Shown: positions 15,665 to 29,279 of the stretch, in pieces
Layout of the letters: every line of letters starts with the position of its first letter
Position numbering within the stretch: position 1 is the stretch's first letter
Assembly (NCBI RefSeq): GCF_009914755.1
Contig: NC_060929.1
Direction: 5' to 3' (one strand)
Source: the human T2T-CHM13v2.0 reference genome, Homo sapiens
DNA: 64,000 nt
The notes under the pieces: model-generated
Seen by the model: only the letters and a program-made list of their open reading frames with translations
Told to the model about the DNA's origin: nothing
Databases searched by the model: none
Program-made: the position numbers and the translations under genes

Positions 15665-16110
15665 TGTGTGTGGTGTCTGCCAGTCTTGGGCTTGCTTGCT
15701 CTCAGATCCACTTTTTGCCAACTCCCTATTCTGCATCTGTCTCCCCAGCTCTGCCTGGGTCCAGCCAATGAGAGGCATGGTTGAGTTTGCAAGGCAGGAG
15801 AGTGAGGCCAGTTCTTTCCCTCTCTTCCCCCATCTCAGCTTTGGCTGATGTCTGTAGCTGTGACTCAGTCTCCTATGCGGCTTTGGCTCCTGCCAGACAA
15901 GCCCACCACAATTCCAGCTTCTGTCAGGGGCTCCAGGTGCCCAGGTGTTCACCCTTTGTCTCTCCAGCCAAGAAGGTCTATGGCTTCCTGCAGTTCCTGA
16001 TTTCTGAGTTTCCACCTCAAATTCTGTTTGGCTCCTTTGATCTTCCATTCCTGAATTAAGTTCTCTCTGTTTAAAATTCTTAATTTTTCCAGACTGGACC
16101 CTGAATGATA
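15665..16110 (+). mobile_element. LTR33-like ERVL solo LTR
   Basis: cctttgtctctccagcc...gcttcctgcagtt...ttctctctgtttaaa...ccagactggaccctgaatgata resembles the LTR33 3' end. Confidence 0.6.
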
Positions 16111-17028
16111 TAATATATCCCAATCAATATCTTCTCTCCCAAGTCTTTCAACTATATATTTTGCCCTTAATTTAATATCATGCTGTACCTCTTTCCCCTC
16201 CCTCCCTATAATTTTCCCTCTTTTAGATCCAGAGCTTTCACGCTGCTTATTTCTCTTGTTAAGAGGCACATGAGCTGATAATCCCATTCATACAAAGATG
16301 CATATCCCTATGGGGAGTATATGCATTTATAAAAAAATGTCCAGGGACACAGTAATAAAAAGTGATGACTCACAGATGGTGGAATTTCTCTTTCCTAGTG
16401 TCCTTCAGAGGCCTACGCTGCCTGCATGCTGCCACTTCTAGACTTGTGTGAATCCGTGAGCATCGCTCTGCGCCCCCACCCCAGCATTCTCTGCTCCAGA
16501 TTCCTTTCCTTGGCCCCACGTGGGGCTTGATGGGGGAATGTGGATGGGGCATCAAGTCTGTTGCCAGCACTGCAAAATCAGCTCAGAGTGTGTGCTTTGC
16601 TAGTTGTGGGTGAATAACGTTTTTCAAATGTAAAGTGTACACACATTGTTATTCTTTATATATTTCTTTATGATTTGTACCAAATCCTGCACAAAAAAGA
16701 ATAGTCCTCATTTTAAAAGTATGCTTCCCATACTAAGACTAACAGTTACAAAATCTCATTTTATTTGCCTCAGGCAAACATATGCTACTCTATGTGTGTA
16801 TTTGATTCTGACACGTTTACTGCCTCAGAACATGAACATTTTACCATTTAAAATAAACCATGGAAATTTAGATTTGGAATGGAATAAAGATTTGATAATG
16901 AGCATGGCAAATCTTAGGTCATCTGGGAAACTGCCACTTCCATGCTCAAGTACTCAGATGGACTTACACCTTGAATGCGCTCAAAGACAGCTATTGGAAC
17001 GAAAGAAGTTATACGTTGACAGCCAGGG

Positions 17029-17394
17029 TGATATGGTTTGGCTCCGTGTCCCCACCCAAATCTCATCTTGAACTGTAATCCCCATATGTCAGGGGAGTGA
17101 CCTGGTGGGAGGTGATTGGATCATGACGATGGCTTCCCCCATGCTCTCATGATAGTGACAGAGATCTCGTGACAGTTGATGGTTTTAAGTATGGCACTTC
17201 CTCGCTCTTTTGCTCTCTCTTTCCTGGTGCATTATGAAGAAGGTTCCTGCTTCCCCTTTGAGTTCCGCCATGAATGGAAGTTTCCTGAGGCCTCTCCAGC
17301 CATGCAGAACTGTGAGTCAATTAAACCTCTTTTGTTTATAAATTACCTAGTCTCAGGTAGTGTCTTTATAGCAGTGTGAAAATGGACTAATACA
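17029..17394 (+). mobile_element. THE1D/MSTA-type MaLR solo LTR
   Basis: tgatatggtttggct...aatggactaataca with a perfect 5-bp TSD CAGGG (17024-28, 17395-99). Confidence 0.92.
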
Positions 17395-17400
17395 CAGGGT

Positions 17401-17533
17401 TAGGGAGACCAAACATCCCATTTGCCGGGAAATGGGGGATGGGGGAGTGGGGTGTGAGGGAGTTTGCAGGATACAGGACTTTTAATACTGAACCAGGAAA
17501 GTCCTGGGCAACCTGGAATAAGGTGGTTACCTT
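17401..17533. mobile_element. MER81/MER94-like hAT-Blackjack MITE
   Basis: tagggagaccaaacatccc...gaaagtcctgggcaacctgg...ggtggttacct; TIR-like ends. Confidence 0.5.
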
Positions 17534-17896
17534 CTGAAGACCAGCTGGCAGGGGTAAGGCTCTGAATTTCACAGCCAACGTGTTGTGGTTGGCCAGGCTA
17601 CCAACTAGAAGGAAAGCAGCTCTCTGATTGGCCATCCTTGGCTATGTAGGGTTAGTCTTTTAGCCCATAGAGCTAAAAGGTGAAATAGTCTAATAGAAGA
17701 GATAAATGAGAACAAATAGGAAAGGGGAGGAGAGAGGGTTTGCGTGAGAGGAGCAGTGGTCACCAGGCAGCCTGCAATGGACCCTGGAAGAGGAAGAGAG
17801 GAAATGAAGAGGAAGGAGACCAGCAGTTCCACTATCCACAGCCAGATGACATGGATGGCTTTGCACAGCTCAGCAGCACCTGCCTCAAAGGCCTAG

Positions 17897-18408
<512 letters not shown>

Positions 18409-18477
18409 CTTCGCACATCTCTGTGTGTGTTGTGAATTGAGAGAAGCATTTTAGGTGTTTTTGTTTTTTATTTTATT

Positions 18478-18604
18478 ATTTTTAAAATAGAGATAGGGTC
18501 TCGCTATGCTGCCCAGGCTGGTCTAGAACTCCTGGCCTCAAGTGATCCTCCTGCCTTGGCCTCCCATTATGCTAGAATTACAGGAATGAGCCACTGCACT
18601 TGGC
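18478..18604 (-). mobile_element. FLAM-type Alu monomer
   Basis: single reverse left arm. Confidence 0.8.
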
Positions 18605-19033
18605 CCTGGCGGGGAGGTATTCTGATCTTAACCTAAAGGATATCAGTGTGTACTCCCAGTAGTATCTGGACCAGGATACTTAATTGTGTGTATGTGTATA
18701 ACAATATGTCTAGGAACCATTATCCAGGGATGATAAATAAGGAAACACATCTATTAATAGCTAGACTAATTACCACACTTCCATATCCCATCCAGTTGAG
18801 TCTAGGAACTTCGCCATCTCAAAGCGTTTCCATGTTACTGCTAAATGGCCCCTGGGGTGCTTCCTTATGAGGGCTCATGAAAATGTCTGCACAAGGTCTC
18901 CGGCTTCAGCCTCTTCATTGAATTTCCAGACCCAGGGGCCTTCCTCTGTTGTCCCCTTGCAGCTGGAATTACCTGCATGCAATCCTCCTTCAGGGCCAGT
19001 GGGAATAGAGACTGGCAAGGAAAGCACCACTGA

Positions 19034-19990
<957 letters not shown>

Positions 19991-20350
19991 TCTAGTTCTT
20001 ACTTCTTGCTTTGGAATCAACTTCCTTCAGGATGACTTTATGAAAGGAAGATTCACTTTCATTAGGAGAAAACACACGCCCTAGCCCTGGAGCTTGTTTT
20101 AAGGCTCCAATGGGATTTAATAGTCCAACATGAGCCCTCTGTGCTTTTCAGTGTTTAGAAGACATCTCTGGTAGGTAAGACATCAATAGTACAGTTCATG
20201 GTGAATGCCTGCCAAGCTTAGTGCAGCTCCTTTCCAGTCTCCCCTACATGTGGGTTAAGGTAAATGTTGTTTACTCTGTAGATATCCTAGCAACACTAAC
20301 TCTTCACCTTCTATGAGTAATTGTCAAATACCTTCTCAAGAACAAAGACA

Positions 20351-20672
20351 GGCTGGGCATAGTGGTTCATGCCTGTAATCCTAACACTTTGGGAGGCTGA
20401 GGTGGGAGGATTGCTTGAGGCAGGAGTTTAAGACCAGCCTGGGCAGCATAGCGAGATTCTATCTCTCCAAAAAAAAAAAAAAAAAAAAAATAGCCAGGTG
20501 TGGTGGCACACCTGTAGTCCAAGCTACAGATGTGAGATAGAGGCTGAGACGAAAGGATTCCTTGAGCCCAGGAGAGTGAGACTGTAATGAGCCATGATTG
20601 CACCACTGCATTCCAGTTTAGGTGATAGAGTGAAACCCTGTCTCTAAAAGCAAAACAAAACAAAACAGAAAA
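20351..20672 (+). mobile_element. Alu (AluJ)
   Basis: forward dimer with an expanded middle A-tract. Confidence 0.9.
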
Positions 20673-21857
20673 ACAAGGACAGAACTTCCACTTCTTGCCT
20701 CAACCAAATAGAAACCAGGACAAAATATTCAAAGCAAGAGTTTCCAAACATGGGACCATAGGCAATAAAGGACCATGATCCTTGAGTGAAGGAAGCAGAT
20801 GAGATGAGCCCTCCAAGTGCCCCGGTTCAAGGCTGGGCAGCCCTCCAAGTGCCCCAGGCTGCAGCCCTGGGCAGGAGAATCAAAGAGGTGCTGATGGCCT
20901 CTCTGGGTTGAAGAGACAAAGTGTAGAGTTTGGGGAGGCCAGTGGCTAGAACACACAGGACAGATTGCTGGAAAGGAGTCGGCTGAATAAAGTGAATGCT
21001 CTGACTCTGCAAGAGGTTCTCCCACAGTCTAGCTGAGTCTAAATCAGCTAATGCAAGTGAGAAAATTGCTATGGCCAGAAAAAGAACCTCCAGAAAGAAG
21101 CAGAGGGAACGATCTTCAGAGCTTACACCAGCTCTTAGTAGTCAGAATGGAAAGGTCTCCTAGCACATGGACTACAAAGTAGAGCCTTGAGATGGATGGG
21201 CCAAACCAAACTAGACTGTTCTGGACTCACCTGGGAAAGCTGAAAAACAAGCCTCAAATGGACAAAACCATTTCCAACTTGTTTAGCTGAGTCTCAGAAC
21301 AAAGTTGAAAATATTTAAAGGACTGTATTATGGCAAACAAACAAACAACAACAGAACCCAAAAGGTAAAGTTCACAATGTCTGTCTCCTAACCAAAAATG
21401 GCAAAGAAGCAGAAAATGTGGCTTATGGCCGGGAGGAAATGCAGCCAATAAGAGCAGACCCAGGAATGACAAAAATGACTAAATTAGTAGACAAAGACAT
21501 TAATGGCCTTTATAAGTATCCCCTATATGCTATAGAAGGGAGAGGAAAGCATGAGCATGATGAAGAGGGAAATGGAAGACAAAAGACCCAAATCAAAATT
21601 TTGGTGATGAAAGAATAATGTTTCAGATGAAAAATACACTGAATGGGGATTAGCAGCAGATAAGACATCATAATGAAATAGAGTTTATCCCCAAGAATGC
21701 AAGGTTTAACACTGAAAAATCAATTATTACTTTACCACACTAAAATATTAAAAAAGGAAAACCATATGAACATCAAAAAACCTTCTGTCAAAATTAAACA
21801 TCCAATCATGATCAACCCCCCCCCCCCCGCAAAACCAGGAATAGTAGGGACTTTTTC

Positions 21858-22551
21858 TTTTTTTTTTTTTTTTTTCCTTTTTATCTTTGTCTTCTCTTTA
21901 TTTCCTAGTTGTTTCTAGTCAGAGGAAGGATAGCTTTATACAGAAATAGGATTTTTTTTTTAAATTTTTTTTTTTTTTAAATTGATCATTCTTGGGTGTT
22001 TCTCGCAGAGGGGGATTTGGCAGGGTCATAGGACAATAGTGGAGGGAAGGTCAGCAGATAAACAAGTGAACAAAGGTCTCTGGTTTTCCTAGGCAGAGGA
22101 CCCTGCGGCCTTCCGCAGTGTTTGTGTCCCTGGGTACTTGAGATTAGGGAGTGGTGATGACTCTTAAGGAGCATGCTGCCTTCAAGCATCTGTTTAACAA
22201 AGCACATCTTGCACCGCCCTTAATCCATTCAACCCTGAGTGGATACAGCACATGTTTCAGATAGCACAGTGTTGGGGGTAAGGTCACAGATCAACAGGAT
22301 CCCAAGGCAGAAGAATTTTTCTTAGTACAGAACAAAATGAAAAGTCTCCCACGTCTACCTCTTTCTACACAGACACGGCAACCATCCGATTTCTCAATCT
22401 TTTCCCCACCTTTCCCCTCTTTCTATTCCACAAAACCGCCATTGTCATCCCGTCCCGTTCTCAATGAGCTGTTGGGCACAACTCCCAGACGGGGTGGTGG
22501 CCGGGCAGAGGGGCTTCTCACTTCCCAGTAGGGGCGGCCGGGCAGAGGCGC
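21858..22551 (-). mobile_element. 5'-truncated SVA (D-F type; SINE-R plus ~1.5 VNTR units) with 3' transduction
   Basis: attgatcattcttgggtgtttctcgcagagggggatttggcagggtcatagg... SINE-R and ggggcggccgggcagaggcgc VNTR; TSD tagt(a/g)gggactttttc at 21842-21857 and 22552-22567. Confidence 0.95.
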
Positions 22552-23184
22552 TAGTGGGGACTTTTTCAATGTGACTAAGGGCATCTATGAAAAACATCCA
22601 GCTAACATCATAATCATGAAAAGACTGAATTCTTTTCTACTAAGATTAGAAACGAGCAGGATATGCACACTCACTACTTCCACTTAACTTTTTTTTTCTG
22701 GAGGTCCTAGCAAAAGGGAAGAAATACAAATAAAAGGTATACTGATATAAAAGGAAGAAATAAAACTATCTTTAATGGCAAACAACATGATTGCCTGTGA
22801 GAAAATCTTAATCTACAAAAAAGTTATAAGAATTTATAAAAGTGAATTTAGCAAGGTTATATAATACAAGATCAATATATCAAAATCAATGTCATTTCTA
22901 AATACTGTCAATGAACAACCATGAAATGACTTAAAACATACCATTTACTGTTGCATCAAAAAATATGAATTATGTAGAGATAAGTCTAGTGAAAGTCATG
23001 CAAGATATGTACAGTGAAAACTACAAAATACAGCTGAGAGAACTTAAAAGAAAACCTAAACAAATGAAGAGATAAGCCATGCTTATGGATCAGAGGATTC
23101 AATATCATTAAAATGTCAGTTCTTCTAAAATTGACCGATGGTTCAACCCAGTCCTAATTTAAAGCCCAGCAAAATTTTTAATTC

Positions 23185-23335
23185 TTATTTTATTTATTCA
23201 TTTATAATTTATTTATTTATTTAGAGACTAGGTCTATGCTAGCCAGGCCAGTCTTGAACTGCTAGCCTCAAGCGTTCCTTCCACCTCAGACTCTTGAGTA
23301 GCTGGGACTACAGGTGCTCACCACTGTGTCTAGCT
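23185..23335 (-). mobile_element. Alu monomer fragment
   Basis: diverged reverse Alu arm. Confidence 0.65.
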
Positions 23336-23562
23336 AAGATTTTTTTTTGTTGTTGTTAGAAATTTACAAACTGAAACTAAAATGTATATGAAAATACAAA
23401 AGACTTAGTATAGCCAAAATAATTTTGAAAATGAACTAAGTTGAAAGTCTTAAGCTACTTGATTTTAAGGCTTTTCAGAAAGTTAATATGATCAAAACAG
23501 TGTGATGTTGGTGTAAAGATGTATTATCAATGTGGATTGGTACATATGTAAAGCTATACATC

Positions 23563-23819
23563 AGCTGGGCGTGGTGGGAGGCCGAGGTGGGTGGATCATT
23601 AGAGGCCAGGAGTTTGAGGCCAGCCTAGCCAACATGCTGAAACCTCGTCTCTACTAAAAATACAAAAATTAGCTGGGCATTTTTTTGGCACATGCCTGTA
23701 GTCCCAGTTACTCAGGTGGCTGAGGCATGAGAATCGCTTGACCCTGGAGGCAGAGGTTGCAGTGAGCTGAGATCAAGCCACTGCACTTCAGCCTGGGTGA
23801 TAGAGCGAGATTCTGTCTC

Positions 23820-23846
<27 letters not shown>
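23563..23846 (+). mobile_element. Alu (AluS/J) with left-arm deletion
   Basis: forward Alu with a ~27-nt A tail. Confidence 0.88.
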
Positions 23847-23910
<64 letters not shown>

Positions 23911-23945
23911 AATATATATACACATATATACATATATATATATAA
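23820..23945. repeat. compound microsatellite A(n)-(TA)n-(CA)n-(TA)n
   Basis: directly visible; grown from an Alu tail. Confidence 0.95.
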
Positions 23946-24510
23946 AAAAATCAAAGGAATAGAATAGAGTCCAAAAATACACCCATACATGTACAGCCAA
24001 TTGATTTTTTGACAAAGATGCCAAGGCAATTAGGGAAAAAATGTTATTTTCAAAAAATGGTGCTGAAATGGTTGGATAGCCTTATGCAAAAACGTGAACT
24101 TCAGCTCATACCTTACGCCACTGAATCATAGGACTGAAATGTAAGAGCTAACATCAGAAAACTTCTAAAAAAAATAAGGAAAATCTTAGCATCCTTGGGA
24201 TAACCCAAAGGATAACCCAAATGTCCATCAGCAGGTGAATGGATACACAAATGTGGTGTGTCCACCCAATAGAATACAATACAATAGAATATGATTCAGC
24301 AATGAAAATGAACAAACTAATGCTACACTCATCAAAATGGATGAATCTCAAAATCATTATGCTGAATGAAATAAGCCAGTCAAAAAGAGTGCATGGTGTA
24401 TGAGTCCATTTATATAAAATTTTAGAAAATGCTAACTAACTCACAGTGACAAAGTAGACCAATTGTTTGCATGGGGTGATGGGGGGGAAAAGGTGGGAAG
24501 GAGAGATTTC

Positions 24511-26205
24511 TTTATTTTATTTTAAGTTCTGGGGTACATGTGCAGGATGTGCAGGTTTGTTACATAGATAAACGTGTGCCATGGTGGTTTGCTGCACCTA
24601 TCAACCCATCACCTAGGTATTAAGCCCTGCATGCATTAGCTATTTATCCTGATGCTCTCCCTCCCTCTGCCTCCCCGACAGGCCCCAATGTGTGTTGTTC
24701 TCCTCCCTGTATCCGTGTGTTCTCATTGTTCAGTTCACACTTATAATGAGAACATGTGGTGTTTGATTTTCTGTTCCTGTGTTAGTTTGCTGAGGATAAT
24801 GGCTTCTAGCTCCACCTATATCCCTGCTAAGGCCATGATCTCACTCCTTTTTATGGTTGCATAGTATTCTATGGTGTACATGTACCACATTTTCTTTATC
24901 CAGTCTATCATTGATGGGCATTTGGGTTGATTCCATGTCTTTGCTATTGTGAATAGTGCTGCAATGAACATACGCGTGCATGTACCTTTATAACAGAATG
25001 ACTGATATTTTGGGGGGTGTATACCCAGTAATGGGACTGCTGGGTCAAATGGTATTTCTGGTTCTAGATCTTTGAGGAATTGCCACACTGTCTTCCACAG
25101 TGGTTGAACTAATTTACATTCCCACAAACAGTGTAAAAGTGTTCCTATTTCTCCACAGCCTTGGCAGCATCTATTTCTTGACTTTTTAATAATTGCCATT
25201 CTGACTCGTATGAGATGGTATCTCATTGTGGTTTTGATTTGCATTTCTCTAATGATCAGTGATGTTGAGCCTTTTTTCCATGTTTGTTGGCCACATACAT
25301 GTCTTCTTTTGAGATGTGTCTGTTCATATCCTTTACTCACGTTTTAATGGGGTTGTGTGTTTTTTCTTGTAAATTTCTTTAAGTTTCTTGTAGATTCTGG
25401 GTATTAGACCTTTGACAGACGGATAGATGGCAAAAATTTCCTCCCATTCTGTAGGGTTGTCTGTTCACTCTGATGATAGTTTCTTTCAGAAGCTCTATAG
25501 TTTAATTAGATCCCATTTGTCAATTTTTGCTTTTGTTGCAATTGCTTTTGATGTAGTCATGAAATCTTTGCCCATGCCTATGTCCTGAATGGCATTGCCT
25601 AGATTTTCTTCTAGGATTTTTATGGTTTGGAGTTTTACGTTTAAGTGTTTAATCCATCTTGAGTTAATTTTTGTATAAGGTGTAAGAAAGGGGTCCAGTT
25701 TCAATTTTCTGCCTATGGCTAGCCAGGTTTACCAGCACCATTTATTAAATAGGAAATCCTTTCCCCATTGCTTGTTTTTATCAGGTTTGTTGAAGATCAG
25801 ATCGTTGTAGATGTGTGGTCTTATTTCTGAGATCTCTATTCTGTTCCATTGGTCTATGTGTCTGTTTTTGTACCAGTACCATGTTGTTTTGGTTACTGTA
25901 GCCTTGTAGTATAGTTTGAAGTTGGGTAGTGTGATGCCTCCAGCTTTGCTCTTTTTGCTTAGGATTGTCTTGGCTATATGGGCTCTTTTTTGATTCTATA
26001 TGAATTTTAAAGTAGTTTTTTTCTAATTCTGTGAAGAACATGTATGGTAGTTTGATGGGAATAGCATTGAATCTATAATGCCCGAAGCATTGAATCTTGG
26101 GGCAGCATGACCATTTTCATGATATTGATTCTTCCTATCCATGAGTATGGAATGTTTTTCCATTTGTGTCCTCTCTTATTTCCTTGAGCAGTGGTTTGTA
26201 GTTGT
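24511..26205 (-). mobile_element. 5'-truncated L1PA (primate L1, ~1.7 kb)
   Basis: Track ORFs 24816-25340 and 25495-25704 are the L1 ORF2 C-terminus ([14 protein letters not shown]; [18 protein letters not shown]). TSD ggaag(g/a)agagatttc at 24496-24510 and 26206-26220. Confidence 0.95.
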
Positions 26206-26417
26206 GGAAGAAGAGATTTCAAAGGAGAATGAGGAGACTTTTTCAGTTGATGGAAATGTGTCTTATTTTGATTGTGGTGATGGTTTCATGGATATATGAA
26301 TATGTTGAACTTATTAAATAGTACTCTTTAAATATATGAAGTTTATTGTAAGTCAGTTATACCACAATTTTGAAAATACAACAAACAGTTGTAGTACAGT
26401 GCACTCTAAATCCATAA

Positions 26418-26800
26418 TGTATCAGTCAGGGCAATTTATACTAGTTGCTATAACAAGAAGCCCAATATCTCATTGATTTAATAAAACAATAGTTACTTTG
26501 TTTCTTATGTCATAATGCCATGTGGGTTAGGCTGCCCCTGGCAGCTTGAAGCAGGGAGCGATGATACTGGGACCCTGGTTCTTCCATCTTGTGACCCTGC
26601 TGCCTTCAACATGTGGCCTCCTGTCTTTTCAAGAAAAAGAAGAGACGGCAGAGATGATTATGACCGGATCTTTAATAAGGAGTTGCCCACCATGTCTGCC
26701 TACATCCCTTAGGCCAAATGGCAGGGAGGTTGGCAAATATAGTCCTCTCCATGCCAAGAAACAAGAGTAGTATTTTCATTTATATATTTCACCAGTCCCT
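26418..26800 (-). mobile_element. MLT1-type MaLR LTR
   Basis: tgtatcagtcaggg...gttgctataacaa...cttccatcttgtg...agggaggttggcaaatatagt. Confidence 0.6.
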
Positions 26801-27329
26801 GCCAGGAGAAAAATAAATTGCTCTCCATCAAGGAGCTATGCACATAATAACGTGTATTACAAAACAGAAACATGTTTCTGAGCCAAAATACCTACATTTG
26901 GATTCCTTCACAGTTTTTTCCTACAGGGCATTTGCTTTATATCTCTTATATCTCTTACCTAAAGAGCCTATTTAAGGACTTCTTCTCATGAAGGAATAGT
27001 TTCTGCACCAAAGGGGATTCCAAGTCTCCAACTCCTAGGAGAGAGAAAATTGGTTATAGTTTTCAAATCATTGCCACTGCCTCCCCAACTCCTTTCCACC
27101 TCTCTGCCTAAGGTTCCAAATCTTTCAGAGTCCAGTCTGAGCAAAGGTCTGCAGCTATGTGCCCTATGCCATCTGCAGTTTCACCTGCTTGAGGGGAAAC
27201 TGAGTTCAGCATAATGACACAGAGCCACCAAGAAAATTATAGCAGGATAAAGGGACTTCTTACCAGCCAGATAGCCTCAATTTGTGACCATTTGGACAGG
27301 CAGTGACAGTGACAAGATGTGAATTCAAG

Positions 27330-27690
27330 GGCTTTCACTCCCAGTTGTGTGACCTTGGGCAAGATAAATCCTTCTGAAAGCCTCAGTTTCTTCATTGATC
27401 ACAAATATGGGGGCAATTATAATACTATCAAAGTCAATTAAACAAAGAGTTACTGAGCACTGTGATGAAACAGTGAAAAATATATCGAAAAGCTATAATC
27501 CTTGTGGAACTTGCAGTCTAGAGTTAGATGCAGAGAAGCAAAGACAGTTAATATTATGCATTAAAGTCTATGATAGGAACAATATCCATCTTACCTCATA
27601 AAGTTACTGTGAGGATCAAATGAGGTCTAATAAATGTATTTAAGCTCTACATAAACTGTGAAATGCCCTACAAATGCTCATTACTGCCAT
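27330..27690 (+). mobile_element. MIR fragments
   Basis: gtgtgaccttgggcaag...gcctcagtttcttcat; cttacctcataaagttactgtgaggatcaaatgag. Confidence 0.65.
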
Positions 27691-28952
27691 AAAGCAAACA
27701 GGCCCTGATGTCATCTGAGTGCCACTACATCCCTGCCACTACTCCAAATGCGTGAAATGCAGAGAATTCAGAGAATTACCCAAGTGTATAACATATTTGT
27801 ACAAATATGGAATTAAATGAGATAGTAACACATGTGGAAGCATTCTATAAAATCACATGCTACACACATGTAATTTATTCAAATGGTTATTTCTGATGTT
27901 TATTACCAGGGACATAGCCTTTGTGGTTCAAAATGCCCTTTCTATGATGGGATAGAGAAGGCTGCTGTTTTTCAGCCTTAAGTACATGATCCATGATGAT
28001 GATTATCAGCCTGTTGACTGCAACACAAAAATACATCTCCCTGAGCTCATCTTGGAAGGGCATGGGGGTACACTGGTAGGATTTTAATGCCCCAAAGAGC
28101 ACATTTCCACACACACAAGAGAGAAAAGATACTTTGTTGCAATATTTATTCCCACCTCCCCTGCCCACTTTCCCCATTACAAACCCCATAAGGTCTTCTA
28201 CAATATCGTCTATCTTCATGCTGACATAACATATCACATCTTCATGGTTACCCAGGGGGCTTTCCCTGTAGCAAATTCTCTTGAGGCAGCGGGTCTCTCC
28301 CAGACCAAACCCAGCAGAGCTTCTAACCAGGTGGATGTGGTCCTGGGGCACCTGTTGACCTTTCCTGTGTCAGAATGTCACTGACACTCACCTATGGGGG
28401 CCAACAGCTGGCTCTGCTCAGAGAGAGATGATCTAAGTGTCGGGCTTCCAAGTCTAGAGCATGGCTTGATTTTTCTAATATTTTGATTTGCAACTTGGAT
28501 TTTTAGCATCAGTTTCCTCAGGCAACTCCTGAGGTCGAGACTAGGCTCATGGTTCTCACACTTTCGTGGATTGGACTACCTGTTCCATGTAAACACAGAC
28601 ACGTAATTAGATAATCCATTCTCTGAGGAACTGAATACACAGTTTTCTAAACCGAGTGGTATTATTTATGGTGAACTTCAAAATACCCAGGGAACAAATA
28701 TTGTTGGTTTCTTCAGGTAGCCAAAAATAGGAAAAATAAGAATGAACAGATTTAGGTCCAATTCTAGAAATCTGTTTCTCCCTGTGACTCCAAGGGTTTT
28801 AATGGGAGGTCATTGTTTCAACTCCCGAAGCTTAAGGCCTCACTCCAAGAGCTGGGTCTCCTTTAATGTTCTCTCCTCAATGTAGCATTGTTCACTCCTG
28901 CTCAGGCCAGACCTCCATGCTCACGTCCTTTTTCTGTTTAAAGTCCCACCCT

Positions 28953-29262
28953 GGGCCAGATGTGGTGGCTCACTCCTGTAATCCCAACACTTTGGGAGGC
29001 CGAGGTGGGCAGATTGCTTGAGCCCAGGAGCTTGAGACCAGCCTGGACAACATGGCAAAACCCTGTGTTTACAAAAAGTACAAAAATTAGCCAGGCATGG
29101 TGGTGCTTGCCTGTAGTCCCAGCTACTCAGGAGGCTGAGGTGGGAGGATCACTTGAGCCTGGGGAAGGTCGAGGCTGCAGTGAGCCAAGACTGTGCCACT
29201 GTACTCCAGCGTGGGCAACAGAGTGAGACCTTGTCTCACAAATTAAATAAATAAATAAATAA
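28953..29262 (+). mobile_element. Alu (AluJ)
   Basis: full forward dimer. Confidence 0.92.
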
Positions 29263-29279
29263 GGCTCCATCCTGTCCCA

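Larger units (their letters stand above)
20700..26385 (+). mobile_element. old L1M element (5' region, ORF2 fragments and 3' end) hosting SVA, Alu and L1PA insertions
   Basis: L1 ORF2 motifs at 21670-21810, 22570-23160, 23350-23520 and 23945-24200; L1M 3' end at 24210-24505 resuming at 26221-26385; may be more than one element. Confidence 0.65.

Noticed and set aside
24816-25704. ORFs with clear protein-like sequence (also 30764-31135)
   Set aside because: They are L1 ORF2 C-terminal fragments of truncated L1PA copies, not host genes.
27887-28351. 154-aa minus-strand ORF in non-repeat sequence
   Set aside because: Non-ATG (GTG) start, no recognisable homology and no pseudogene hallmarks (poly-A, TSD). 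Treated as chance unless Ribo-seq says otherwise.
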